DNA of 59,726 bases, counting the filler. It is 4 parts of 4 records of this genome, joined end to end, with 100 filler letters (N's around TTAATTAATTAA, not from the genome) between each part and the next. Parts side by side here need not be neighbours in the genome. Positions count along the whole stretch, not along the records: positions 32,858 to 50,911 come from SRR31156797_202; positions 51,012 to 59,726 come from SRR31156797_222; 2 more parts are not named here. One strand, written 5' to 3'. The notes beneath the pieces are model-generated. The model searched no databases, was not told the DNA's origin, and saw nothing but the letters and a program-made list of their open reading frames with translations. Made by a program: the position numbers and the translations under genes. Shown piece by piece: positions 48,623 to 59,726 of the stretch. Each line of letters starts with the position of its first letter. Position 1 is the stretch's first letter.

Positions 48623-50725
48623 TTATTCGTTAACCGATTGTTTTTCTTTTTGAGTTGACTCTTTTTGTTTTAAGAATTCAGCAATTTCAATTTGTGATCT
48701 TACATCAGAATCAAATTGATTTCTATGTACAGGAATGTTGTCGAGCTTGCCATCTAAAATTCGGGCACTAACATTATCTGATAACTGAATGTTTAAAATA
48801 TGAATCAACTCATTTTTAATAGATGGATCTGTAATTGGGAATGCACATTCTATTCTTCGCTGCAAATTTCGATTCATCCAGTCAGCGGAAGAAAGATAGA
48901 GCAATTCTTCTCCTTCGTTATAGAAATAAAAGGCTCTGGCATGCTCCAAAAATTGATCTACAATTCGAATGACTCTAATGTTCTTAGAATACTTCTGATC
49001 TGGTTTCAAGCAGCATATTCCTCTTAGAATCAAGTCTATTTTTACACCACTTTCACTTGCCTCGTACAATTTCTTGATCATTTCACGCTCTTGAAGACCA
49101 TTCATCTTCAAAATAATGTAGCCCTTTCCACCTTTTTTTACGTTTTCAATTTCTCTGTCGATCAATCGAATCAATTCGCTCTTCAAATTGAATTGACCAA
49201 TCAATAGCTTTTTAAATTCGTAACCTGGTGTTTTGTTCTCAAGATAATCGAACAGTTGTTTCAGGTCCTGAATAATTGCAGGGTCGGCGGTGAAGAAACC
49301 ATGGTCAGCATATACTTTAGCCGTTTTCTCGTTAAAGTTACCGGTGCTTAAAAAGGCATAATCAACTTTTTCACCTCTTCGTTTTACCAGGGCAATTTTG
49401 GCATGAACTTTTAGTCCGGGTATGCTGTAAATAATTTTGACGCCAGCTTTTCGCATTTCTCTGGCAGAGCGAAGATTTGCTTCTTCGTCGAAACGAGCTT
49501 TTACCTCTACAAAAACGGTAACTTTTTTACCATTGTGTGCAGCATTAATCAGTGCATTAACAACTGCCGAATTGTCTGCAACTCTGTATTGAGTAGCTTT
49601 TATTTCTTCCACTTTAGGATCGAGGGCAGCCTCGTTTAAAAAACGAATTACATACTTGTACGATTGGTAAGGAAAATGTAGTATTCTATCTTTTTTGCGA
49701 ATGGTTTTAAAAATGGATTTGGTTTCGCCTTTTAATTCTTCCACATTAAGTGGGTGATAAGGTTCTAGTTCCAATTCAGGATGTTTCGGATTTGGAAATC
49801 CAAAGAAATCCTGAAAGTTGTGATATTTACCGCCTTTAACCATATCGTTTGGTGTTAAATCAAACGAATCTTTTAAAAATTTCAGGAATCCTTTTGGGAT
49901 TGATTCATCAAACAGAAAGCGGGAAGGAGTACCAGTTTCGCGCTTCTTTAGGCTTCGCTCAATCATCTCGATTAAGTCGCCGGAGTATTCATCTTCAATC
50001 AATAAATCGGCATCACGACTTAGTTTAAAACTAAAGCTTGAATCAATTTTGTATCCTGGAAACAGAACTTTCATTCTTAGTTTAATGATATCATCCAAAA
50101 ACATGATAAAATGTTTACCATCAACTTCTGGCAATTCAATAAATCTCGGAAAATGATGACAAGGCACTTTGATGATTGCGTATCTTGCTCTTCGTTTTTT
50201 TGGTGTTCCTTCTTCCTCTTTTTTGCTACCTCGTTTGTATAATTTTACAGCCAGGTAAATAGAGTTGTTCTGTAAAAAAGGCTGAACTTGCTTCTTCAAT
50301 AAAAGCATAGGTTGAGCGTGAGGCAGAAGATTTTCTAAAAAGAAATCTTTTACAAACTGATGATGCTCATCACATAATTTTTCATCCTGTAGAAGAATAA
50401 TATTATTCTCTTTTAATTCAGGAATGATTTCATTTCTAAAAATGGACCCAAACTGATTCTGTTGACGATCTACTTCAGTATTTATTTTTTTTAATATGAT
50501 GTCCGGATTCTCGCGCAAGTTCTTCTTGTCTTCGGGAGACAATTCCGTAAAACGCTTGTATGTACCCACTCGCACCCGATAGAATTCATCAAGGTTAGAA
50601 GAGTAAATGGCAAGAAATTTAATTCTTTCGTATAATGGCAATTCCGGGTTTTTAGCTACTTCCAGCACACGATTGTTGAAAGACAACCAGCTTAAATCTC
50701 GGTTAAGGAACTGATATTTTGACAT
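48623..50725 (-). CDS. ppk1: Polyphosphate kinase 1
   Basis: NRDLSWLSFNNRVL, SSNLDEFYRVRV, HFPYQSY, VEVKARFDEEAN, KVHAK, FLEHAR and SADWMNRNL. Confidence 0.97.
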   Translation of the reverse strand: MSKYQFLNRDLSWLSFNNRVLEVAKNPELPLYERIKFLAIYSSNLDEFYRVRVGTYKRFTELSPEDKKNLRENPDIILKKINTEVDRQQNQFGSIFRNEIIPELKENNIILLQDEKLCDEHHQFVKDFFLENLLPHAQPMLLLKKQVQPFLQNNSIYLAVKLYKRGSKKEEEGTPKKRRARYAIIKVPCHHFPRFIELPEVDGKHFIMFLDDIIKLRMKVLFPGYKIDSSFSFKLSRDADLLIEDEYSGDLIEMIERSLKKRETGTPSRFLFDESIPKGFLKFLKDSFDLTPNDMVKGGKYHNFQDFFGFPNPKHPELELEPYHPLNVEELKGETKSIFKTIRKKDRILHFPYQSYKYVIRFLNEAALDPKVEEIKATQYRVADNSAVVNALINAAHNGKKVTVFVEVKARFDEEANLRSAREMRKAGVKIIYSIPGLKVHAKIALVKRRGEKVDYAFLSTGNFNEKTAKVYADHGFFTADPAIIQDLKQLFDYLENKTPGYEFKKLLIGQFNLKSELIRLIDREIENVKKGGKGYIILKMNGLQEREMIKKLYEASESGVKIDLILRGICCLKPDQKYSKNIRVIRIVDQFLEHARAFYFYNEGEELLYLSSADWMNRNLQRRIECAFPITDPSIKNELIHILNIQLSDNVSARILDGKLDNIPVHRNQFDSDVRSQIEIAEFLKQKESTQKEKQSVNE

Positions 50726-50911
50726 ATATTGATATTGCTAAGGAATGTAAATCTATGTCCTTAAAAATAGTCAATTTTTTGGTTCTTTTTATTAAGATAT
50801 CGTTTCGGATTTGTATTGCTATGTTACTTTAAAAAGGTAATGATCTCTTATTTTGTTTCGTTGAGACAGCATTCATGCTGTCTTTACTATTTTTGTTTTG
50901 TATATGTTTCG

Positions 50912-51011
50912 NNNNNNNNNNNNNNNNNNNNNNNNNNNNNNNNNNNNNNNNNNNNTTAATTAATTAANNNNNNNNNNNNNNNNNNNNNNNNNNNNNNNNN
51001 NNNNNNNNNNN
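50912..51011. other. Artificial contig spacer
   Basis: N44-TTAATTAATTAA-N44. Confidence 0.98.
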
Positions 51012-51075
51012 AAAGATACTTTATTATATTCCGGACAATCATATATACTGCTATCAGGATTAGGAGTAACAGTAT

Positions 51076-51495
51076 ATGTTTTCGGAGTTTAATCAGGCTT
51101 TTGTAAATCTACTATTGCAATTTCTGGCATTATTAGTGCTGGTTGTGGCTGTGTCGCAGGTGTCAAAGGATCCGATGCACAGGCATTGCAGACTGGTTAG
51201 TGTTGCGGTGATTCTCCAGTTAATATCCATTATTGCATTTATGTTTCCTTCCATGTCAACACTTGGTGCTATAGGTATAGGATCTTCCTTGCAGACACAG
51301 TTGTACATGCATCATTTTATCGGCTTGGCTGTTATAGTTCTTTCCATTTTCGTCAAACTTGAAGTTGATGGCAGAATTAAGCACATAATAAATCCCTTCA
51401 AGCTAATGAAAATCATCCTTGTTCTATGGGTTCTGGTATTTCTGGGAGGCGTGGGACTTTACCTTAAACTCTGGGAAGGGATCTCGATTATTTGA
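51076..51495 (+). CDS. Four-TM membrane protein (DUF420-like, His-containing)
   Basis: Four hydrophobic helices with HRHC and MHHFIG; AGGAG RBS. Confidence 0.6.
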   Translation: MFSEFNQAFVNLLLQFLALLVLVVAVSQVSKDPMHRHCRLVSVAVILQLISIIAFMFPSMSTLGAIGIGSSLQTQLYMHHFIGLAVIVLSIFVKLEVDGRIKHIINPFKLMKIILVLWVLVFLGGVGLYLKLWEGISII

Positions 51496-52860
51496 TTACC
51501 TCCGGTCAACCAGGCGTTTTGGTCTGCCTTTGACGCGGTAAAAGTCCAGTTCACCCGGCTTTGCATAATTGAACAGAATGTTCAGGTTACCATCGATGTA
51601 TGAATTCTCAAGTTTTTTCTTGTAGGCAAAAAAGGATTTGAGGAAATTTTCCTTAACGAGTTCTTCATCACATCTTTTAATATCATTACACTCAACACTG
51701 ACCCTCAGGGTAGTTTCTCCTTCATCATCCCCACCGTAAAGGAAAGCTTCATACTCTCCTGTCAGGTATTCCATATTCTCTCTCTGGAATACTCCTTTTT
51801 CAATGTCTACCCGATTAAATGGCGTTCCGGAAACCCAGAAAGTTTCAGCCTCCCTTTCAGGATTCATTATCTTCATATGGGTTCTTCCGCAGGCACATTC
51901 CTCCCGACTCATAACAATAGTCGTGTCTTCTGTATCATAATTAAGCAGTACGTTTCCACTTTTCGCGCCCACTGGCAAAAGTGTTGTGAGTACTACCCTG
52001 CCGCATTCTCCATCTTTTACGAACTTGTCCATGTGGGGATCGTAGACATCCAGATGCACAAGATCTTCCGGCACATGCAGGCCGCTGATGTCAGTACACT
52101 CTCCGCACATGGTACCTTCGGTACTGCCGTAGGTATTGTAAACGTCACAACCCCAAACTTCGGAAACATAGTTTCTTGATTCCTCTGCAAAGCTCTCTCC
52201 ACCTATCACAAGACGTTCAATGCTTGAGTTTGCAGGATCCATTCCCTGTTCCTTCATCCTTTTTGCAAGACGCAGGAGCTTGAAGATACTACCGACAATT
52301 GAGCTTGGTTTGTAGCTTTCCATTATTCTTAAGGGGAATGTGCACTTCCCCTCTGGAATCATTGTCATACCGATGCTTTTTGCCGCAAGTGTCATGGTGT
52401 TTGCACCCACATTCATTCCATAGGATGCACAGACAATTACACGGTCACCTGGTCCAAATCCCTGAGATATAAAGCTTCTTGCATACTTTTCCGCATATCT
52501 CTGCCAGTCATCCCAGGTGAGGAAAAAGGATTTTGGAGTTCCGCTGGTTCCACTGGTTTCATGGACTGTAAACACGTCTTTCCAGTCCACCATTTTGAAA
52601 CCGAAATCATTCTTCACAGGCGGCTGGTTTTCACGAATCGTTTTTCCGGTTATGATAGGAAGCTCCAGCAGGTCTTCATGTGTCCTGATATCCGAGGGCT
52701 CAACGCTATTCTCCCTGAACCATTTTTTGTAGAACAATGAATTCTCTGCAGCATAGTTCACGGTGTACCTAATCCGCTCATCCACAAGGGCGTCCAGTTC
52801 ACTTCTTTCCATTGTTTCCATGTCAGGATTGTAGAATCTTGCTGCTGTCATTTTCATCAT
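51496..52860 (-). CDS. ftsA: Coenzyme F390 synthetase (PaaK/FtsA adenylate-forming family)
   Basis: HETSGTSGTPK, ASYGMNVGANTM, YNTYGSTEG, NYDTED and GRPKRLVDRR; methanogen context. This is not the cell-division FtsA. Confidence 0.88.
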   Translation of the reverse strand: MMKMTAARFYNPDMETMERSELDALVDERIRYTVNYAAENSLFYKKWFRENSVEPSDIRTHEDLLELPIITGKTIRENQPPVKNDFGFKMVDWKDVFTVHETSGTSGTPKSFFLTWDDWQRYAEKYARSFISQGFGPGDRVIVCASYGMNVGANTMTLAAKSIGMTMIPEGKCTFPLRIMESYKPSSIVGSIFKLLRLAKRMKEQGMDPANSSIERLVIGGESFAEESRNYVSEVWGCDVYNTYGSTEGTMCGECTDISGLHVPEDLVHLDVYDPHMDKFVKDGECGRVVLTTLLPVGAKSGNVLLNYDTEDTTIVMSREECACGRTHMKIMNPEREAETFWVSGTPFNRVDIEKGVFQRENMEYLTGEYEAFLYGGDDEGETTLRVSVECNDIKRCDEELVKENFLKSFFAYKKKLENSYIDGNLNILFNYAKPGELDFYRVKGRPKRLVDRR

Positions 52861-52869
52861 TACCGTGGT

Positions 52870-54987
52870 CTAGATATATGAAAGTGCTTCTATCCTATCC
52901 TTTATTTGTTCTATATTGTTGGAAGGTAGCTTACAGTCATGGTTCTGGCATATGTGCACCGTTGTTTTTCCTTCCTTCATTTCCATATGTTTTGTATATG
53001 GTACAATGTCTGAAATTGTTCCTTCTTCATCGCCAGATTTGAAAAGCATTACCTTTGCGGGTATGAATCTTTCATTTATGAACCCTATGATGTCTTTTGT
53101 CTCATCATTTTCAAGATCCCCGACAATTACAATTTCCACTGAATCTCTCAGGGAAAGATCTACAGCAGACATAAACTGAGTATATCCTATTGGTGCACTG
53201 CTGATAGTGTCTGCAAAAGCCTGCATTGTCTTAATAGCTATATCTTCAAGCTTTTGATCTGCTGTTATTTTTGCAAGTCTTATCATATTCATTGCACATA
53301 TAGAATTTCCGGAAGGTATGGCACCATCATAAACTTCCTTGCTGCGAAAAATAAGTTCCTCCGATGAATCGGATGTGTGGAAAAATCCTCCATTTACGCT
53401 GTCAATGAAATGTTCCAGTACGTAGTCATTAAGTTTTATTGCATGCACCAGGTATTTTTCATTGAAATTTGTCTGGTAAAGTTCTATAAGTCCCCATGTG
53501 AGGAATGCATAGTCCTCAAGGAAAGCATGAATGGCAGCTTCCCCATCACGATACCTGTGCTTCATTTTTCCATTAATATCTGTCATTTCATTCATGAAAA
53601 AATCAGCTGCATTCTCTGCCATCTCAACATATTCTGTTTCGTTGAATGCCTGTGCAGCTTTGCAGAGTGCAACTATTGCAAGCCCGTTCCAGTCAGTCAG
53701 TATTTTGTCATCTTTTGACGGATGAACACGAGTTTCTCTGGTATTGAAAAGCTGCCTTCTTGCCTTTTCAATTATGATGGGGATATCTTCCATATGCTCA
53801 CTCTTTGATGATGTAATCTCATCCATTTTTTTTGTCATATGAGGAATATTCTTCCCTGTGAAAATGTTAGTATGTTCCTCAGCAAAATTACCTTCAGACT
53901 CGATATTAAATATCTCATTAAAAATGGTACTCTCATCCTCTCCAAGGACAGATTCTATCTGTTCTGCCGTCCATAGGTAGAATTTACCCTCTTCACCTTC
54001 ACTGTCAGCATCCTCAGCAGAGTAGAATCCTCCCTTGTCTGAGAGCATATCCCTTTTAAGGTAGGTGAGTATCTCTTTTGCAGTATTCCTGTACTCAGGA
54101 TTACCGGTTGCCTGGTATGTTTCTGAAAGGGCAATCACCATCAACGCCTGATCGTAGAGCATTTTCTCAAAATGTGGTACCAGCCAGTACCTGTCTGTGG
54201 AATAGCGATGGAATCCAAATCCGATGTGGTCATAAATACCTCCCATGCGCATAGATTCAAGGGTTCTTTCAACCATTTCGAGTGCAGCTGCATTGCCACT
54301 TCTTTTCCAGTATCTCAAAAGGAATGTCAGGTGATGAGGAGTAGGAAACTTCGGTGCCCTGCCAAAGCCTGCATTTTCAATATCGAAACTGTTCTCTATT
54401 TGATGAAAGGCCATGTGTAATATTCCTTCATCAAGGACAGTGTTACTTCCCCTTTTAACGTTTGATGACACAGCGTTTGTAATGGCTTCAGAACTAACTT
54501 TTAGTTCATCTCTTTTATTAATCCATAAGTCTTTTATTGCCGGAATTATATCAAGCATCCCCGGCATTCCCTGCCTGCTTTCCCTGGGAATGTAGGTGGC
54601 TGTATAGAATGGCTTTTTGTCAGGAGTCATCAGGATTGTCAGTGGCCACCCTCCACTTCCTGTGAGAGCCTGGCATACTGACATATAGATATTGTCAATG
54701 TCAGGTCTTTCTTCCCTGTCTACTTTCACGCAGATAAATGAATCATTTAGAAGTGATGCAACAGTCTCATTCTCAAAGGATTCCTTTTCCATTACATGGC
54801 ACCAGTGGCATGTGGAATAACCAATTGACAGGAATATTGCCTTATCTTCTTTCTTCGCTCTTTCAAAAGCCTCTTTTCCCCAGGGGTACCAGTTCACCGG
54901 GTTATATGCATGTTGCAGCAGATAAGGGCTTTTTTCTCCTATTAAACGATTGCTTTTTTCTTCAGTATTTTTATTATTTCCTGTCAA
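52870..54987 (-). CDS. YyaL/SSP411-family thioredoxin-domain protein
   Basis: [52 protein letters not shown] and DADSEGEEG. Confidence 0.93.
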   Translation of the reverse strand: MTGNNKNTEEKSNRLIGEKSPYLLQHAYNPVNWYPWGKEAFERAKKEDKAIFLSIGYSTCHWCHVMEKESFENETVASLLNDSFICVKVDREERPDIDNIYMSVCQALTGSGGWPLTILMTPDKKPFYTATYIPRESRQGMPGMLDIIPAIKDLWINKRDELKVSSEAITNAVSSNVKRGSNTVLDEGILHMAFHQIENSFDIENAGFGRAPKFPTPHHLTFLLRYWKRSGNAAALEMVERTLESMRMGGIYDHIGFGFHRYSTDRYWLVPHFEKMLYDQALMVIALSETYQATGNPEYRNTAKEILTYLKRDMLSDKGGFYSAEDADSEGEEGKFYLWTAEQIESVLGEDESTIFNEIFNIESEGNFAEEHTNIFTGKNIPHMTKKMDEITSSKSEHMEDIPIIIEKARRQLFNTRETRVHPSKDDKILTDWNGLAIVALCKAAQAFNETEYVEMAENAADFFMNEMTDINGKMKHRYRDGEAAIHAFLEDYAFLTWGLIELYQTNFNEKYLVHAIKLNDYVLEHFIDSVNGGFFHTSDSSEELIFRSKEVYDGAIPSGNSICAMNMIRLAKITADQKLEDIAIKTMQAFADTISSAPIGYTQFMSAVDLSLRDSVEIVIVGDLENDETKDIIGFINERFIPAKVMLFKSGDEEGTISDIVPYTKHMEMKEGKTTVHICQNHDCKLPSNNIEQIKDRIEALSYI

Positions 54988-55179
54988 TATGTCACTCCCA
55001 AAAATGAACTGTTTTCAGATTGAATATATATTTCTTTAAATCCTGAAATACTCTCCCGTGGAATGGGTAAGATGTTTTCCTTCCTGATTAATATAATATT
55101 CTTAGCTTGAAGTAAATAAAGGTTCTATTAGTTCTTTGTGAAGGTAAAATATAAATTGTTTTAAAGAGAATTAGAACAC

Positions 55180-56394
55180 ATGAAAGCTGTCATTCTCGCA
55201 GCCGGTGAAGGTAAAAGATGCCGGCCTCTCACTCTTACAAGATCGAAGGTTATGCTTCCGGTAGCAAACAAACCAATACTTGAGCACGTGATCAATGCCC
55301 TGGTTAAAAATGATATCACTGATATCATAATGATTGTAGGCTACAAAAAAGAACGTATCATGGACTATTTTGAGGATGGCATCAATTTTGGCGTTAAAAT
55401 AGAGTACGTTGATCAAAAAGCGCAAATTGGAACTGCGCATGCAATCCTGCAGGCACGTGAGTTGCTCGCCGATGAAAAGGAATTCATAGTCGTAAATGGT
55501 GACAATATAATTGGCCAGGAAGCTATCTCTGCTCTCATTAACGGCTCGGACGGAGATGCCACGATTCTGGTATGCAAGAAGGATGATGTTTCGGATTATG
55601 GTGTAGTGGTTGCAAAGGGAAGGCAGGTAGAAGAAATCATTGAAAAGCCAAAGACTCTTGTAAGTCATTTGATCAACACAGGTATTTATCTTTTGAAGCA
55701 GGAAATATTTGAAATGGTTGAAAAGACACAAATATCCACATCAGGAGAATATGCCATCACTGACACACTCCAGTCGATGATCGAGGCTGAACAAAGTGTA
55801 ACTATGGCTGTAACAAATGCGGAGTGGATTGATGCAGTTTATTCCTGGAATCTTCTTGAAGCAAATACAATAGTTCTCGGTAGTCTGGAATCAGATACTA
55901 CCATGGGAAAAGTGGAAGACGGTGTCAGCATAAAGGGAGCAGTATCCATTGGAAAGAACACTACTATAAGATCCGGTTCATATATAGTCGGGCCGGTGGT
56001 TATTGGGGACAACTGTGATATCGGTCCGAATGTTGTTGTTCTTCCATCTACATGTATTGGTAACAATGTATCGATTGCTTCATTCTCCTACGTTAAAAAC
56101 AGTATACTTATGAATGATGTGCGTATAGGCACCCATAGCAATGTGTCCAGTTCCGTTGTTGGCAGCAATGTTGTAACGGGTCCGAATTTCATTACTGAAG
56201 AGGGCAAGGACATGCTTATACAGATCGAAAAAGCGCTTCATGGTGCAGAAAAACTTGGTGCCATTGTTGGAGATGACGCTGAAATTGGTGGTAATGTGCT
56301 TGTGCGTGCAGGACGGATGATCTCTGCAAACACCCGTATAAGTTCAGGCAAGACTATTTCAGAAGATGTACCCAGGGATTCTGTTGTAATTTAA
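55180..56394 (+). CDS. glmU: Archaeal GlmU-type sugar-1-phosphate nucleotidylyltransferase/acetyltransferase
   Basis: [15 protein letters not shown]...KVMLPVANKP, GTAHA and hexapeptide repeats; upstream of glmS. Confidence 0.85.
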   Translation: MKAVILAAGEGKRCRPLTLTRSKVMLPVANKPILEHVINALVKNDITDIIMIVGYKKERIMDYFEDGINFGVKIEYVDQKAQIGTAHAILQARELLADEKEFIVVNGDNIIGQEAISALINGSDGDATILVCKKDDVSDYGVVVAKGRQVEEIIEKPKTLVSHLINTGIYLLKQEIFEMVEKTQISTSGEYAITDTLQSMIEAEQSVTMAVTNAEWIDAVYSWNLLEANTIVLGSLESDTTMGKVEDGVSIKGAVSIGKNTTIRSGSYIVGPVVIGDNCDIGPNVVVLPSTCIGNNVSIASFSYVKNSILMNDVRIGTHSNVSSSVVGSNVVTGPNFITEEGKDMLIQIEKALHGAEKLGAIVGDDAEIGGNVLVRAGRMISANTRISSGKTISEDVPRDSVVI

Positions 56395-56407
56395 ATGGGT
56401 GGTTATA

Positions 56408-58237
56408 ATGTGTGGAATAGTTGCATATATAGGTGGTGAAGAGGCTGCACCAATTCTGGTTGAGTCACTCAAAATGCTGGAATACAGAGGGTATGATTCA
56501 GCCGGTGTTACCGTTTATGACGATAAACTTGAAACATACAAGGTTGCAGGAAGAATAAAGGAACTTGAAAAGATAATTCCGGAAGGAGTTCAGGGCACGG
56601 TTGGTATAGGGCATACAAGATGGGCAACACACGGTAAGCCAGAGACCAGAAACTCTCATCCTCATATCTCATCAAATGTTTCAGTGGTCCATAATGGTAT
56701 TATCGAGAATTATCTGGAGCTTAAAGAGAGACTTATTGACCTTGGTTATGAGTTCAAATCCGATACTGATACAGAGGTCATTGCACATCTTTTACATTAT
56801 AATATGAACCGTGATGGAGAAAAGCGTCTTCTTGACGGCCTTGCAGAAACTATTAAAGAACTCGATGGTTCGTATGCGATAGCTTCAATGTGTAATGATG
56901 AACCGGGTATAATTGCGTTTGCCAGAAAGGATAGTCCCCTTGTGATCGGACTTGGCAACGACAGTAATTATGCTGCTTCTGATGTAACCGCTTTTTTAAG
57001 ACATACAAAGGAAGTAATTTTTATCAATGATCATGAGATCGGATTGATGAAACTAGGTTCCATAGAAATATTTGATCAGGAAGGAAATTCGGTGTCCAGG
57101 GAACCTGAAACCATTGAATGGAATCTCGAGGCTGCTGAAAAAGCAGGTTATGAGCATTTTATGCTAAAAGAGATACATGAGCAGTCAACTTCCATACAGG
57201 ATACTTTTGCAGGGAAGTTGTCCGAGCTTGAAGGTACTGTAAATCTGGAGGAATTACATCTTTCCCCGGAAGAGGTCAAGAGGCTTAAGAGAGTTACAAT
57301 AATAGCCTGTGGAACTTCCTGGAATGCAGGTATACTTGGAAGATACCTGCTCGAAAAGCTTGCAGGACTTCACACCGATATCGAAACAGCTTCTGAGTTC
57401 AGGTATAGTAACCCTATTCTCTGTGGTGAGGAACTCACAATTGCTATTACCCAGTCAGGTGAGACAGCTGATACCCTTGCTGCTGTGAGGAGTTCTGCAT
57501 CTTATGGATGCCGCAGTCTTGCTATCACAAATGTTGTCGGAAGTACAATTACCCGTGAATCTGATAGCGTCCTCTATACAAGGGCGGGACCGGAGATCGG
57601 AGTGGCTGCCACAAAGACGTTTACAGCCCAGTTGCTTGTACTTTACATGCTCGCCATAAATCTTGGAAGGACAAGGGGAGTTATCAGTTCCAATGAGGCA
57701 AAGGACCTTATTGTAGGCATTAAGCGTTTACCTGGGCAGATTCAGAAAGTGCTTTCCAGGAAAGCCGAAATTAAAGAATGTGCAGAACAGTTTGCAGATA
57801 AGAGGGACTACTTCTTCATCGGCAGGTATCTCAACTTCCCTGTGGCACTTGAAGGTGCTCTGAAACTGAAGGAGATTTCGTACATACACGCCGAAGGATA
57901 TGCAGCAGGCGAACTCAAACACGGTCCTCTGGCTCTTATCACAGGAGAGACTCCGGTTGTTGCAATAGCTACCAAAGGTCATACCTACGAGAAGATACTG
58001 AGCAACATCAAGGAAGTAAAGGCACGTGATGCCACGGTTATTGCAGTTGCCAATGATGATGACACGGAGATCGAAAAATATGTGGATGTTGTAATAAGGA
58101 TTCCATCATCCCATGAAATGCTTGCTCCGATACTTTCATCCGTTGCTTTGCAGTTGCTTTCATATTATACTGCGCTTGCAAAAGACTGTTCAATTGATAA
58201 GCCAAGGAACCTTGCAAAGAGTGTAACTGTAGAATGA
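56408..58237 (+). CDS. glmS: Glutamine--fructose-6-phosphate aminotransferase
   Basis: MCGIV start (Cys1), [27 protein letters not shown] and [11 protein letters not shown]. Confidence 0.97.
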   Translation: MCGIVAYIGGEEAAPILVESLKMLEYRGYDSAGVTVYDDKLETYKVAGRIKELEKIIPEGVQGTVGIGHTRWATHGKPETRNSHPHISSNVSVVHNGIIENYLELKERLIDLGYEFKSDTDTEVIAHLLHYNMNRDGEKRLLDGLAETIKELDGSYAIASMCNDEPGIIAFARKDSPLVIGLGNDSNYAASDVTAFLRHTKEVIFINDHEIGLMKLGSIEIFDQEGNSVSREPETIEWNLEAAEKAGYEHFMLKEIHEQSTSIQDTFAGKLSELEGTVNLEELHLSPEEVKRLKRVTIIACGTSWNAGILGRYLLEKLAGLHTDIETASEFRYSNPILCGEELTIAITQSGETADTLAAVRSSASYGCRSLAITNVVGSTITRESDSVLYTRAGPEIGVAATKTFTAQLLVLYMLAINLGRTRGVISSNEAKDLIVGIKRLPGQIQKVLSRKAEIKECAEQFADKRDYFFIGRYLNFPVALEGALKLKEISYIHAEGYAAGELKHGPLALITGETPVVAIATKGHTYEKILSNIKEVKARDATVIAVANDDDTEIEKYVDVVIRIPSSHEMLAPILSSVALQLLSYYTALAKDCSIDKPRNLAKSVTVE

Positions 58238-58265
58238 TTATTTTATTTTTAAGAGAGGAAAGCGA

Positions 58266-59567
58266 ATGAAGTTATTTGGTTCTTCAGGCATCCGTGGACT
58301 TGCAAATGTGGAAGTTACAGTAGACCTGGCACTTAAAGTTGGAATGGCACTTGGTAAATCAAAAAAGAGTGCTGTTATTGGAAGAGACCCGCGTGTTGCC
58401 GGAGAAATGATAGAACTTGCACTAATCTCAGGTTTGATGTCTTCAGGTTGTGATGTTACCCGTGTTGACCTTGTCACCACACCTACACTTGCGTATGCAG
58501 CACGTAATTATGATTGTGGGGTGATGATCACTGCATCGCATAATCCTGCAAAGGACGTCGGAATAAAACTCTGGAATCCTGATGGAATGGCATTTGATTC
58601 TGCCCAGCAGGAAGAGATAGAGGACACTATCGAAAATGAGGATTTTGTCTATGTTCCCTGGAATATGGTGGGTGAGGTATTTACTTACGGGAACGCTGTC
58701 AGAGATCACATTGACATGATACGCAGCCACTCTACCGGCGCACCAATTCGTGTCGTAGTAGATTGTGGAGGTGGAGCAGGAGGGACGATAACACCTTTCC
58801 TTTTACGCGAAATGGGATGTGAGGTGATCACACTTAATTCTCAGCTTGACGGGCATTTCCCTGCACGTAATCCCGAACCTAAAGATGAGAATCTCTGGAT
58901 GCTGAAAATAGCAGTTAAAGAGTTTGATGCAGCCCTTGGTATCGCACATGATGGTGATGCTGACAGGATGATGGCTGTTGATGAAAAAGGTGAGTTCCTT
59001 TCAGGCGATGAGATGCTTGCCATCTTTGCACGTTACGAGTGTAAAGGTAATCCAAAGGTTGTAGTTCCTGTTGACACATCAATGATAGTTGATGATGCAC
59101 TTCCTGGTTCCACTGTAATTCATACAAGGGTCGGCGACGTATACGTAGCCGAGGAAATGAAGAATCTGAAAGCAGATTTCGGAGGAGAACCTTCCGGAAG
59201 CTGGATCTTCCCGAGAATATCATATTGTCCTGATGGAATCTATGCAGCAGCTTTGCTTGTAGATATTGTGAAGGACAAAAAGCTCTCGGAACTAAGGGAT
59301 GAACTGCCCAAATACCCAACTCTCAGGACTACTGTTGTATGTGAAAATTCCAAGAAGACAGCTGTTATGGAAGCCGTCAGTTCTAAACTGGAAAGCATGG
59401 GTAATGTTTCCAGTATCGATGGTATCAGGGTTGACATGAAAGAGGGCTGGGTACTTGTCAGGCCATCGGGAACCGAGGCAAAGATAAGGATCACTGCAGA
59501 GGCCAGAAAGGATGTGGAAGAACTCCATGCGAAGGTTGAGGCTATAGTAAAGGAGTGTCTGCAATGA
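58266..59567 (+). CDS. glmM: Phosphoglucosamine mutase
   Basis: [29 protein letters not shown] and VRPSGTE; in the glm operon. Confidence 0.9.
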   Translation: MKLFGSSGIRGLANVEVTVDLALKVGMALGKSKKSAVIGRDPRVAGEMIELALISGLMSSGCDVTRVDLVTTPTLAYAARNYDCGVMITASHNPAKDVGIKLWNPDGMAFDSAQQEEIEDTIENEDFVYVPWNMVGEVFTYGNAVRDHIDMIRSHSTGAPIRVVVDCGGGAGGTITPFLLREMGCEVITLNSQLDGHFPARNPEPKDENLWMLKIAVKEFDAALGIAHDGDADRMMAVDEKGEFLSGDEMLAIFARYECKGNPKVVVPVDTSMIVDDALPGSTVIHTRVGDVYVAEEMKNLKADFGGEPSGSWIFPRISYCPDGIYAAALLVDIVKDKKLSELRDELPKYPTLRTTVVCENSKKTAVMEAVSSKLESMGNVSSIDGIRVDMKEGWVLVRPSGTEAKIRITAEARKDVEELHAKVEAIVKECLQ

Positions 59568-59726
59568 AAGTAGTTATACTGGCTGCCGGTGAAGGAACTC
59601 GTATGAGACCTCTCACTGTTTCTAAACCAAAGGTGATGCTTCCCATAGCTAATAAGCCCATGATGGAGCATACTATCAATGCTGCTGTGGAAGCCGGGGT
59701 AAAGGATTTTTTAATTATAACCGGAT
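59564..59726 (+). CDS. glmU: Second GlmU-type nucleotidylyltransferase, truncated by window end
   Basis: ATGA overlap with the glmM stop; [36 protein letters not shown]. Confidence 0.82.
   Translation, partial: MKVVILAAGEGTRMRPLTVSKPKVMLPIANKPMMEHTINAAVEAGVKDFLIITG

Noticed and set aside
26632-51011. Deltaproteobacterial, Bacteroidota and methanogen genes side by side, suggesting inter-domain transfer
   Set aside because: Every switch coincides with an identical N44-TTAATTAATTAA-N44 spacer, so these are concatenated contigs.
1-59726. CRISPR arrays, rRNA, tRNA, transposases or integrases
   Set aside because: None recognised by eye; tRNAscan-SE, Infernal and CRISPR finders were not run.

Overview
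The window is a concatenation of four unrelated contigs joined by artificial 100-nt spacers (N44-TTAATTAATTAA-N44 at 26632-26731, 32758-32857, 50912-51011), so adjacency across spacers means nothing. Taxonomic labels are impressions from gene content and composition. Contig A (1-26631, GC-rich, Desulfobacterota-like) has two tandem hybrid sensor kinases, an MCP with a solute-binding protein, a TRAP/lactonase/beta-keto-acid-cleavage catabolic cluster, an orphan fatty acyl-AMP ligase and hutU-ftcd-hutI. Contig B (26732-32757, Bacteroidota) is part of a CTnDOT-like element (mobB, mobA, oriT-like region, parA/traA, DUF3408, DUF4122-like). Its tra operon stops at a convergent, tightly coupled five-gene cassette: a 56-aa basic peptide, a PycTM-like (DUF5706) effector, a PycC-like class III cyclase, a stand-alone CBASS type II-short-like E2 enzyme and a 63-aa Cys/His protein. 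A palindrome and a divergent sigma-factor-like ORF precede it. This Pycsar-plus-E2 hybrid is the best candidate for an undescribed system. Contig C (32858-50911, Bacteroidota, Marinifilaceae-like) has uvrA, an ECF sigma factor, SPFH/Arc, pfk, rsmE, topB, sixA and ppk1, plus an uncharacterised module: an HD-DUF5706 fusion, an SdiA-regulated-like lipoprotein and a phosphoesterase-kinase-Omp85 fusion. Contig D (51012-59726, Methanosarcinaceae-like archaeon) has coenzyme F390 synthetase, a YyaL-like protein and glmU-glmS-glmM-glmU. All family assignments are by eye from motifs; no searches were run.
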